From Candidatus Multivoradales bacterium (GTDB taxonomy: Bacteria; Acidobacteriota; Thermoanaerobaculia; Multivoradales; Multivoraceae), in contig CBDCWI010000002.1 of the NCBI GenBank assembly GCA_965223325.1, positions 928,001 through 992,000 of the forward strand: a stretch of DNA of 64,000 nt, in the 5' to 3' direction. The translations under genes were made by a program, and so were the position numbers. Position 1 is the stretch's first letter; every line of letters starts with the position of its first letter. Positions 27,815 to 36,440 of this stretch are shown one piece after another. Below the pieces are notes generated by a model. That model was not told the origin of the DNA. It saw nothing but the letters and a program-made list of their open reading frames with translations, and searched no databases.

Positions 27815-29179
27815 ATGCCAGCCCAGCCACAGTCCACTCGCCTGCGAGCTCGTCAGCGACTCGGCAAGTACCGCATCGGCAAGACCCTGGCCAAGGGCGG
27901 TTTCGCCGCGGTCTACCAGGGCTACGACACCATCGAGCGCCTGCCGGTGGCGATCAAGGTTCCTGATCAGCACTTGCTCGACGACGAAGCGATGAAGCTG
28001 CTGGCACACGAGGTGCGCCTGATTGCCCGCCTCGAGCATCCGGGGATCCTGCCGGTCAAGAACGCCACCATCGAAGAGGGCATCTTCCTGATCGTCTACC
28101 CCCTCGGCGAAGAGACCCTCGATGCCCGGCTGCGTCGCCGGCTGCCGATCGTCGAAGCGCTCTCCTACGCCGACCAGCTGCTCGACGTGCTCGCCTACGC
28201 CCACCAACGGCGGGTCATCCACTGCGACATCAAGCCCGACAACATCATCCTCTTTGACGGCCAACGCGTGCGGCTGACGGACTTCGGCATCGCCCGCGTC
28301 GCCGCCGGCACCCGCACCATCGCTTCAGGGGCGGGAACGGTGGGCTACATCGCCCCCGAACAGGCTCTCGGTCGACCGTCGCTGCGCTCCGATGTCTTCT
28401 CGATCGGACTGGTGATCTGGCAGATGCTCTCCGGGCAGCTTCCCGAATGGCCCTACCGATGGCCGCTTCCCGGTCACGAGAGAATGCGGCGCAGTGTGCA
28501 TCGCGACATGGTCGCCGTGCTCCGTCGCGCCATGGAACTCGACGAGCGCAAACGCTTCAAGAACGCCGGCGCCATGCTTCAGGCCTTTCGCGCGGCGCGC
28601 CGTAAGACCCGCGGGTCAAAGACCACACGTCGCAAGTCGAGCAAGGTCACCAACAAGGAACGCCGGCGCAGTGTGCCGACATGGCAAGAGGTTCGCCTCC
28701 TGCAGTACCAGAAGAGCTACGCCAAGGTCCTGGGCAAGGCCGGGAAGTGCTCCAAATGCAGCGGCCCGGTCTCTGAGCCCATGCACTACTGCCCATGGTG
28801 TTCGATACGGCTCAAGGTGTGGAAAGGCGAAACCGACTTCCCCATCGCCTGCGGCCACTGCCACCGAGGCAACAAACTCGACTGGCGCTACTGCGCATGG
28901 TGCTACAGCGCCGGCGTGCCGCCCGAGAACAAGAGACAGTACGACGACAAGCGCTACACGGCGCGCTGCTCGAACCGCAAGTGCCCACGTCGTGACCTGA
29001 TGCCCTTCATGAGGTACTGCCCTTGGTGCCACACCAAGGTGAAGAAGCCGTGGCCGATCGAGGGCAGTCGGCGCCGCTGCAAGCGCTGCCGCTGGGGGAT
29101 CACCGACTACTGGAACAACTGTGCCTGGTGCGGCAAGTCGTGTGGAAACTCGATCGCCAACACCACCACGACGAGATGA
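27815..29179 (+). CDS. Ser/Thr protein kinase with four C-terminal zinc ribbons
   Basis: Motifs VAIK, HCDIKPDN, DFG and APE, followed by eight Cys pairs (CxxC, one Cx4C). Confidence 0.93.
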   Translation: MPAQPQSTRLRARQRLGKYRIGKTLAKGGFAAVYQGYDTIERLPVAIKVPDQHLLDDEAMKLLAHEVRLIARLEHPGILPVKNATIEEGIFLIVYPLGEETLDARLRRRLPIVEALSYADQLLDVLAYAHQRRVIHCDIKPDNIILFDGQRVRLTDFGIARVAAGTRTIASGAGTVGYIAPEQALGRPSLRSDVFSIGLVIWQMLSGQLPEWPYRWPLPGHERMRRSVHRDMVAVLRRAMELDERKRFKNAGAMLQAFRAARRKTRGSKTTRRKSSKVTNKERRRSVPTWQEVRLLQYQKSYAKVLGKAGKCSKCSGPVSEPMHYCPWCSIRLKVWKGETDFPIACGHCHRGNKLDWRYCAWCYSAGVPPENKRQYDDKRYTARCSNRKCPRRDLMPFMRYCPWCHTKVKKPWPIEGSRRRCKRCRWGITDYWNNCAWCGKSCGNSIANTTTTR

Positions 29180-29190
29180 GCGCATAGGCC

Positions 29191-30048
29191 TTGAAGGTCG
29201 AAGCGACCAGCTGGAGCGGCGCCAACCGTTGGCCCCCTGACGTTGCCGAGCTCCCGCCGCTCGGTCAGGCGGTGTTGTCGACCGTCGCCTACGACGGTCC
29301 AGGGGACAACGAAGATGCGCTGGCGGTGTGGAACCTCGACACAGAGAGCGCCGTTCTGGCGATCGCCGACGGTGCCGGTGGTCTTCCGCAGGGCAAAGCG
29401 GCAGCGAGGGCGGCACTTCAGGCGCTCGACCTGTGCCTGCGCGGTCGTGCCGACGGGCAGATCGAAGGGGCCAGCCTGCGCAGCCGCATCATGACCGGCT
29501 TCGAACTCGCCAACCGCCGCGTCAGAGACCTGCGGGGTGCTGCCACGACCCTGCTCGCGCTCGAGATCCAGCCGGGCATCGCCCGCTGTTTCCATGCCGG
29601 CGATTCGGGCGCCACGATCTTCGGCCAACGCGGGCGCGTCAAGTTCCGCACCGTCGACCACTCACCGGTAGGCTTCGGCGAGGCCGCCGGGCTCATCGAA
29701 CCCGCCGAAGCCATGTTTCACGAGCACCGGCACCTGGTGTCGAACATGTTGGGCGATCAAGACATGAAGATCGACGTGGGGCCGACCGTCGCGCTTGCCC
29801 CCCTCGACACCGTCGTCCTGGGTTCGGACGGCCTGTGGGACAACCTGCACTTCGACGAGGTCATCGATCTCCTGCGCGCTGGTCCGCTCGTCGAGGGGGT
29901 CGAAGCGACCTGCAACCTCGCCCGCTCACGCATGGGGCTCCTGGCAGGAGAGCTGCCCAGCGCGGGCCGGTCCAGCGACGAAGAGCCCGGAAAACCCGAT
30001 GACCTGACGGTGATCGCCTTCCGCCAGAGCCACTCTGGCCAGAGCTAG
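29191..30048 (+). CDS. PP2C/PPM-type Ser/Thr phosphatase
   Basis: Motifs NEDA, ADGAGG, AGDS, DHS, SDGLWD and DDLT. Confidence 0.92.
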   Translation: MKVEATSWSGANRWPPDVAELPPLGQAVLSTVAYDGPGDNEDALAVWNLDTESAVLAIADGAGGLPQGKAAARAALQALDLCLRGRADGQIEGASLRSRIMTGFELANRRVRDLRGAATTLLALEIQPGIARCFHAGDSGATIFGQRGRVKFRTVDHSPVGFGEAAGLIEPAEAMFHEHRHLVSNMLGDQDMKIDVGPTVALAPLDTVVLGSDGLWDNLHFDEVIDLLRAGPLVEGVEATCNLARSRMGLLAGELPSAGRSSDEEPGKPDDLTVIAFRQSHSGQS

Positions 30049-30189
30049 CTGCTGGTCGCGACTCGATGTCCGCCGACCCCGGGGTAGGTGAAGGCTGTAA
30101 CACCTGCGCTCGCATTCGGAAGAGAGAGGCAGGCTGGCAACGTCGCCGGCTCAGAAAGGGCCGGAAGCGGCCAGAAAGCCTCTCACCCC

Positions 30190-30438
30190 ATGTCGTGCCT
30201 GAAGACTGTCCGTTTCCGTACCCAGCCGCTTTCCTCCAGCTACAAAGATCTGCCGGTCGAAGTCCTGCAGGAGGCTCAGTTTCTCAGTTGGACGACCGGT
30301 CGGCGCGTCCTCGTTCGCCGCCTGCGCGACCGCTACGTGGTCAGCGCCGGCGAGAGTCACAGCTCGATTGCCACTGCGGTCGCCTACGTCGAGATCAGCC
30401 CTGAGCATCGCCACCTCGTTCCCGCGGTCCACATGTAG
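30190..30438 (+). CDS. Small hypothetical protein
   Basis: 82-aa ORF with GC-rich third codon positions, downstream of the kinase/phosphatase pair. Confidence 0.55.
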   Translation: MSCLKTVRFRTQPLSSSYKDLPVEVLQEAQFLSWTTGRRVLVRRLRDRYVVSAGESHSSIATAVAYVEISPEHRHLVPAVHM

Positions 30439-30482
30439 CGCCGCGGCCCAGCCATTAGCTCGCGCCGGGAGCGCCGCCCGTG

Positions 30483-30974
30483 TCAGCGCGTGAGGTGCTT
30501 CTCGTGACAGATCTCACACGCGTCGATCACCGCGTTGCCGGCATCGATGACACCGTCCGCATCCCGCTCGCGGGCCGCAACCAGCGCATCTTCGCCAGCG
30601 TCCACCATCGTCTGTGAAGTCTCGACCCAGACGTCGTCATCGACCCGGCGCCCCTCCATGAGCATCAGGTTGCCGGCTTCCGCGAGAAGAATGGCCATGC
30701 TCTCGAGCTCTTTCCAACCCTCTTCGTCGGCTGGTGCCTCACGGGCCACGTTCCAGAGCGCCGCCGAGGTCGGAATCACCATCACGTCCATCACCTCGCG
30801 CACACTCGCGACCGCGCGCAGTTCGTCGTCGTCTTCCTGGGCGACGCCAATGTGACGCGTCGCCGCGATCAACAAGAGGGCGATGGCCAAAGCCCCCATG
30901 ACCTCCAGCAAGGTCATGATGCGCTCGCGCAGTGACCGATGGGGACTCGGGGTGAGGGAATCAAACAGCGGCAT
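30483..30974 (-). CDS. Class II (c'-like) cytochrome c
   Basis: Single C-terminal CEICH motif, helical acidic body, N-terminal hydrophobic signal. Confidence 0.8.
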   Translation of the reverse strand: MPLFDSLTPSPHRSLRERIMTLLEVMGALAIALLLIAATRHIGVAQEDDDELRAVASVREVMDVMVIPTSAALWNVAREAPADEEGWKELESMAILLAEAGNLMLMEGRRVDDDVWVETSQTMVDAGEDALVAARERDADGVIDAGNAVIDACEICHEKHLTR

Positions 30975-31083
30975 GGTGAACTCCTTTAGCGAATTCTGGC
31001 ACGCCTCACCGGGACGTTCGAATAGGGGTTCGCCGTAAGGTTCGAAGCAGCAGGCCACCTTTCCGGAGCTGCCGGCGCCGCGG

Positions 31084-33573
31084 TCACTCCTGACGCAACG
31101 CAATCAACGGGTCGAGATGTGCGGCGCGCCGCGCTGGAATCAGGCAGGCTGCCGTCATCACCAGCATGAGAACCAGCACCGCGCCCACGAAAACGAGTGG
31201 ATCCCAAGGCTCGACTTCTACCAGAAAGCGCGAAACCCCACGGCTCGCAGCGAGCGCCAGCAGCAGGCCAAGACCGCCTCCGGCAAGAGTCATCTTGAGC
31301 CCCTCGCCCAGAATCAACCACACCGTGTTCCTCTCCGATGAGCCGAGCGCCGCGCGAATCCCGATCTCACGCGTGCGTTGCGCAACGCTGTAGGCACGCA
31401 CTCCGTAGACGCCGGCGACGGCCAACAGAAGTGCGATCGCGGCAAAGATCCCGAAGATCTGCGCACCCAGGCGCAAGACCCAGGCATCGAAGCTGGAATC
31501 GAAGTGAGTCCTCATGCTACGCAGCTGCAGAACCGGCAGCTGGGCATGGGTGTCTCGGATGGCTCCACGCGCCGCAGCGAGCAGTGCAGTGTTGTCGACG
31601 CCCGGAGCGGTGCGCAGATGAATCTGCTGATTGGCGAGGAAGCGTCGCGAGGTTGGGTAGAAGACGTGCGGTCGCGCGTCTGCCGAGAGCAGCGTGTCGC
31701 GCGACGGCGCCACGATACCGACGACCTCGGCAAGTCGACGCTCGTCGCCTCCGTTCCCCGGAACCCTCAGCAACTGGCCGAGAGGTTCTTCCTCGGGCCA
31801 CAAGAGGTCGGCCAGCGTCTTGTCCACGATCACGACACCTTCACTCTCCGAGTCGTCAAAGCTCCGCCCCCGCAGGAGCGGCAACCCGAGAGTCTCGAAG
31901 TACGAACCGCTGACATAGTTAGTGCGCGCGCTGGTCGGCTCCCCACCGTCTTCAGGTAGCGGTGCATCGGCTCGTTGCACGCCGTGCCCCATTCTCAGGA
32001 TGCCGAAGGGAATGGTGGCGGCTCGGGCCACTCTTTCAACACCCGGCACCCCCTCGAGATTGTCGATCAGGCGAGTCACTAGAGAGGTGGCCTCTGCCTC
32101 ACCCAGACCCAGGAAGCTGGTGTCGATCTCGGCCACCACTCCACGATCGAGGTCGAAGCCCGGTTCGAGATTGGCCGAGCGCAAAGCCCCCATGAGAAAG
32201 AGCCCGCCGACGACCAGCAGAACGAGGGTCAACGCGATCTCACTGACCACCGGCAGGTTGGCGCGCGCGAACAAGCCGCGCCGCCCGCCGACGTCGCCGC
32301 GCCGGCCTTCACGCAGCGCCTGGGAGAGATCCTGGCGACTCAAGCGAAGGGCGGGCAACAGACCGAAGATCAACGTCGCCAGCAGACAGAACACGAGAGT
32401 CGCGGCCACCACCCGGTAGTCGATGGAGCCGCCGAACTCGAACTGCACCGGCGAGATTCTCATGATCGATGCGGTCAAGAGGCGAGGGATGAGCCAGGCC
32501 ATCACAAGGCCGAGACCGCCACCGATGACGGCGAGAACGAAGCCCTCGACCAGGAGCTGACGGACAATCGCCGCACGACCGCCACCGAGGGCCAGGCGCA
32601 CGGCAATCTCCGAGCGGCGAGCGGCGCTCTTCGCCGCCTGCATGGTCGAGAGGTTGAGGCCCGCGACCAGCAGAATCGCCAGCGACATCGCGAGCAACAA
32701 GGCACCGAGCACCGCCATCTGAGAGTCGTTCGTCGGGTCGGTCGAGACCGACGACCGTGACAGCGGGTGCAACTCGAAGGTCAGGTTCTGATGAATCGCC
32801 GGCCACTCCTCCCGGAGTTGGGCGCCAATCGCAACGGCCTCTGCCTCGGCAGCCTCGCGCTCAACCCCCTCGCCTAGCCTGGCCACGACAATGAGTGCGT
32901 CGTTGTTGCGATCATCGAGACCCTGGGTGTTCGAATCGCTGTTTCCAGCGAGTGAACCAAGCGCCGACAGCGGTACAAAGAGGTCGGGAGCGAAGACCGC
33001 GGAAAAGCCCGCAAAGCGCTCCGGCGCCACCCCGACCACCTGGTAGGGCTCGCTGTTGAGTAGCACCTCCTTGCCGATCACGTCCGGGTCGGCACCGCGC
33101 CGCTTCCACAGCGAGTGGCCGAGCACGCAAACGCGGTGTAGCTCCTGCGGATTCTCCTCGGCCGAGGTGAACCAACGCCCTCGATGCGGCGTCACGCCAA
33201 AGAGCTCGAAATAGTTCGACGACACGCCGTCGACGAACCCACGCCGCACGTTCTCCCCTGCACCAATTCCGACCATCGCCAGGTTGTGAGCCGCAACGTC
33301 AGTCAGCGACCGGGCGCGCTCGCGCAGATCAACGAACGCCGGGTACGACAGTGCCGCGTAGGCACCGCTCTCCAGGTCACGGCCGAAGACGCCGATGACG
33401 CTCTCCGGGTCTTTGATCGCCTGCGGCTGGTACAACAGCGTATCGACCAGGTTGAACATGGCACTGTTGGCGCCGATACCAATGGTGAGCACGGCGATGG
33501 AGAGTGCCGTCGTCGTCGGATGCTTGCGCAAACTGCGCAGTGCCATCTTGAGGTCTTGTCCGATGGAGCCCAT
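31084..33573 (-). CDS. ADOP family duplicated ABC permease (MacB/FtsX-like)
   Basis: Motifs QDLKMALRSL, GIGANSAMF, RRSEIAVRLALG, QRTREIGIRAALG and PARRAAHLDPLIALR. Confidence 0.93.
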   Translation of the reverse strand: MGSIGQDLKMALRSLRKHPTTTALSIAVLTIGIGANSAMFNLVDTLLYQPQAIKDPESVIGVFGRDLESGAYAALSYPAFVDLRERARSLTDVAAHNLAMVGIGAGENVRRGFVDGVSSNYFELFGVTPHRGRWFTSAEENPQELHRVCVLGHSLWKRRGADPDVIGKEVLLNSEPYQVVGVAPERFAGFSAVFAPDLFVPLSALGSLAGNSDSNTQGLDDRNNDALIVVARLGEGVEREAAEAEAVAIGAQLREEWPAIHQNLTFELHPLSRSSVSTDPTNDSQMAVLGALLLAMSLAILLVAGLNLSTMQAAKSAARRSEIAVRLALGGGRAAIVRQLLVEGFVLAVIGGGLGLVMAWLIPRLLTASIMRISPVQFEFGGSIDYRVVAATLVFCLLATLIFGLLPALRLSRQDLSQALREGRRGDVGGRRGLFARANLPVVSEIALTLVLLVVGGLFLMGALRSANLEPGFDLDRGVVAEIDTSFLGLGEAEATSLVTRLIDNLEGVPGVERVARAATIPFGILRMGHGVQRADAPLPEDGGEPTSARTNYVSGSYFETLGLPLLRGRSFDDSESEGVVIVDKTLADLLWPEEEPLGQLLRVPGNGGDERRLAEVVGIVAPSRDTLLSADARPHVFYPTSRRFLANQQIHLRTAPGVDNTALLAAARGAIRDTHAQLPVLQLRSMRTHFDSSFDAWVLRLGAQIFGIFAAIALLLAVAGVYGVRAYSVAQRTREIGIRAALGSSERNTVWLILGEGLKMTLAGGGLGLLLALAASRGVSRFLVEVEPWDPLVFVGAVLVLMLVMTAACLIPARRAAHLDPLIALRQE

Positions 33574-33784
33574 GGGTTCTCCCTTCTGGCGGCCTGGCCG
33601 GTCACCGACCTGTTCCCGAATCGTGGGTGGACAGTTGGTTCTAGGAAGAGACGAGCCGGCTCCTCCAAGGGTTTCAATCACACTCTAGAAACCGCCATCG
33701 GGGTCTCGCGAGAGCGTCTCCAGGTCATGCGACAATGGAGGACAGTCCCCGCATGCAGACTGGTTGGAAACAGGAGCAAGACCG

Positions 33785-36409
33785 ATGAGCACTGAAGTGA
33801 AACACGGCACACCGGACGTCGACGTGGTGGTTGTTGGCGCCGGAATGGCAGGGTTGTACATGCTGCACCGCCTACGTCAGCTCGGCTTTGACGCGGTCGT
33901 CTTAGAGGCCGCAGACGATGTCGGCGGCACGTGGTATTGGAACCGCTACCCGGGTGCCCGCTGTGACATCCCGAGCCTCGACTACCAGTACGCGTTCGAT
34001 CCCGAGCTCGAAAAGGAGTGGCAGTGGTCAGAGAAGTACGCCACCCAGCCAGAGATTCTGCGCTACCTGCAACATGTCGCCGAGCGCTACGACTTGCGGC
34101 GCGATATCCGCTTCGCGACCCGCGTCAAACGAGCGCGCTGGGACGAGGAAAGCTTCACCTGGCGCATCGAGACCGAAGCAGCTCCCCCCGGTGGAGCCAG
34201 TGGCAACGGTGACGAAGCGCAGATCACCTGCCGCCACTACGTCATGGCCACCGGCTGCCTCTCGATGCCCAAGGGTCCCGAGATCGAAGGCGCCGCGCGC
34301 TTTTCGGGCGACGTGTACTTCACTTCGCGCTGGCCGCACGAGGGCGTCGACTTCGCCGGCCAACGGGTTGCGGTCATTGGCACCGGGTCGTCTGGCATTC
34401 AGTCGATCCCGATCATTGCCGAGCAGGCCAAAGAACTGTTCGTCTTCCAGCGCACACCGAACTTCTCGATCCCCGCCAACAACGGTCCGATTCCGGAAGA
34501 CAAGCGGAAGATCATCGAGAAAGACCGGGCGGCCTACCGCGCCGAAGCCCGCATGTCGCAGGCCGGAGTCCCAGTCACCGTTCCCACCGAAGGAGTCTTC
34601 CAGGTACCGGAAGAGGAGCGCCTCCAACGCTTCGAGCGCGCCTGGTCGAAGGGAGAACTGCTCGCACCTGGCGAGGAGTTCACCGACCTGATCGTTAGTC
34701 CCGAAGCCAATGAAGCGTTCTCGGAGTATGTGCGCGACCGGATCCGGGCCAGGGTCCAAGACCCCGAGCTCGCCGAGCTCCTATGCCCGAAAGACTTCCC
34801 CATCATGACCAAACGCCTGTGCCTCGACACCGGCTACTACGAGACCTTCAATCAACCGCACGTCCACCTGGTCGATCTGAACACCAGACCCATCTCCACC
34901 ATCACCGAAACCGGCATCGACTTCGGCGACGAATCGAAAGACTTCGACGCCATCGTCTACGCCACCGGTTTCGACGCCATGACCGGAGCGCTGGTCGCCG
35001 TCGACATCGAGGGGCGCGATGGCACGACGCTCAAAGGCGCGTGGGCGGAGGGCCCGAGAACCTACCTCGGCCTGCTCGCGCGCGGCTTTCCCAATCTCTT
35101 CATGATCACCGGCCCGGGCAGCCCGTCGGTGCTCTCGAACATGGTGGTCTCGATCGAGCAGCATGTCGACTGGATCGCGGAGTGCCTGGCCAGCATGCGA
35201 GAGCACGGCTACACCACGATCGAGCCAACCGAAGTCGCCCAGGAAGCCTGGGGTACTCACGTCAACGACTGTGCTGACATCACGCTCTTCCCGCAGGCAG
35301 CATCCTGGTACATGGGCGCCAACGTGCCCGGCAAGCCGCGGGTCTTCCTGCCCTATCTGGGCGGGGTTGGCACCTATCGTGAGACCTGCGACCGCGCGGT
35401 TTCCGAAGGCTATCTGGGCTTCGAGCTGCAGGGCCCCGCGAAAAAGCAGTGCAACGACGGCGTCGTCTTCCCTCTGCAGCCTGACGTCGCGACGCTTCTC
35501 GGGATCATGGAAGAGCTCGCGCTACCGCCCATCGAATCGCTCTCACCCGACGAAGCGCGAGCGCTGATGGCAGGCATCGCCGAACAAAACCCACCTGGCC
35601 CCGAGGTCGGCGAGGTGACCGACGGCACCCTCCCCGGCGCAGCCGGGGCGCTGAACTATCGCCTCTACCGTCCCGCCAGTGCCGGGCCACACGCAATCGT
35701 AGTGTACTTCCACGGTGGCGGTTGGGTGCTCGGCGCGCACGATTCCGACGACCCCTTCTGCCGCGACCTGTGTCTGCGCTCGGGGGCCATCGTGATCTCG
35801 GTGGACTATCGCCATGCGCCCGAGGCACGCTTCCCCGCCGCCGCCGACGATGCCTATGCCGCCGTCTCCTGGGTAGCAAAGAACGCGGCCGAGCTCGGCG
35901 GGCTGGCGGATCGCCTGATCGTCGCCGGCTGGAGCGCCGGTGCCAACCTCGCCGCCGTCGCCTGCCAGGAAGCTCAGCGCTGCAGAGGCCCAGAAATCGC
36001 TGGGCAGCTGCTGGTCACTCCAGTGGTCGATTGTGACTTCACACGCGGGTCGTACCAGGAGAACGCCGAAGGCTACGTCTTGACGGCGGCGCTCATGAGG
36101 TGGTTCTGGAATCACTACGCCGACGAGGACCAGCGGTCAGACCCGCGTGCTTCTCCACTCCGCGCCGATTCCCTGGCCGGCCTCCCCCCTGCGGCGATCT
36201 TCACCTGTGAGTTCGACCCGCTGCGCGACGAGGGCGCCGCCTACGCCGAAGCGCTCGCCGAAGCGGGAGTCCCGGTCGAGCACTTTCCGTGCCGTGGCCA
36301 CATCCACACCTCGCTTGGCGCAGTCGACGTGATCCTCTCGAGCGCCCCGATTCGTGAGCAGATGGCCGAAGCGGTCAAGAACTTTGCCGGTGCCCTCGCG
36401 TCCGCATGA
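33785..36409 (+). CDS. Type I Baeyer-Villiger monooxygenase fused to an HSL-family alpha/beta hydrolase
   Basis: BVMO: [27 protein letters not shown] and ATGF. Esterase: HGGGW, GWSAG and DPLRDEG. Confidence 0.93.
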   Translation: MSTEVKHGTPDVDVVVVGAGMAGLYMLHRLRQLGFDAVVLEAADDVGGTWYWNRYPGARCDIPSLDYQYAFDPELEKEWQWSEKYATQPEILRYLQHVAERYDLRRDIRFATRVKRARWDEESFTWRIETEAAPPGGASGNGDEAQITCRHYVMATGCLSMPKGPEIEGAARFSGDVYFTSRWPHEGVDFAGQRVAVIGTGSSGIQSIPIIAEQAKELFVFQRTPNFSIPANNGPIPEDKRKIIEKDRAAYRAEARMSQAGVPVTVPTEGVFQVPEEERLQRFERAWSKGELLAPGEEFTDLIVSPEANEAFSEYVRDRIRARVQDPELAELLCPKDFPIMTKRLCLDTGYYETFNQPHVHLVDLNTRPISTITETGIDFGDESKDFDAIVYATGFDAMTGALVAVDIEGRDGTTLKGAWAEGPRTYLGLLARGFPNLFMITGPGSPSVLSNMVVSIEQHVDWIAECLASMREHGYTTIEPTEVAQEAWGTHVNDCADITLFPQAASWYMGANVPGKPRVFLPYLGGVGTYRETCDRAVSEGYLGFELQGPAKKQCNDGVVFPLQPDVATLLGIMEELALPPIESLSPDEARALMAGIAEQNPPGPEVGEVTDGTLPGAAGALNYRLYRPASAGPHAIVVYFHGGGWVLGAHDSDDPFCRDLCLRSGAIVISVDYRHAPEARFPAAADDAYAAVSWVAKNAAELGGLADRLIVAGWSAGANLAAVACQEAQRCRGPEIAGQLLVTPVVDCDFTRGSYQENAEGYVLTAALMRWFWNHYADEDQRSDPRASPLRADSLAGLPPAAIFTCEFDPLRDEGAAYAEALAEAGVPVEHFPCRGHIHTSLGAVDVILSSAPIREQMAEAVKNFAGALASA

Positions 36410-36418
36410 TGCGAGGCC

Positions 36419-36435
36419 CGGGCGGCTTCCGCCCG
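36419..36435. terminator. Hairpin between convergent genes
   Basis: CGGGCGG-ctt-CCGCCCG. Confidence 0.35.
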
Positions 36436-36440
36436 CCGCC

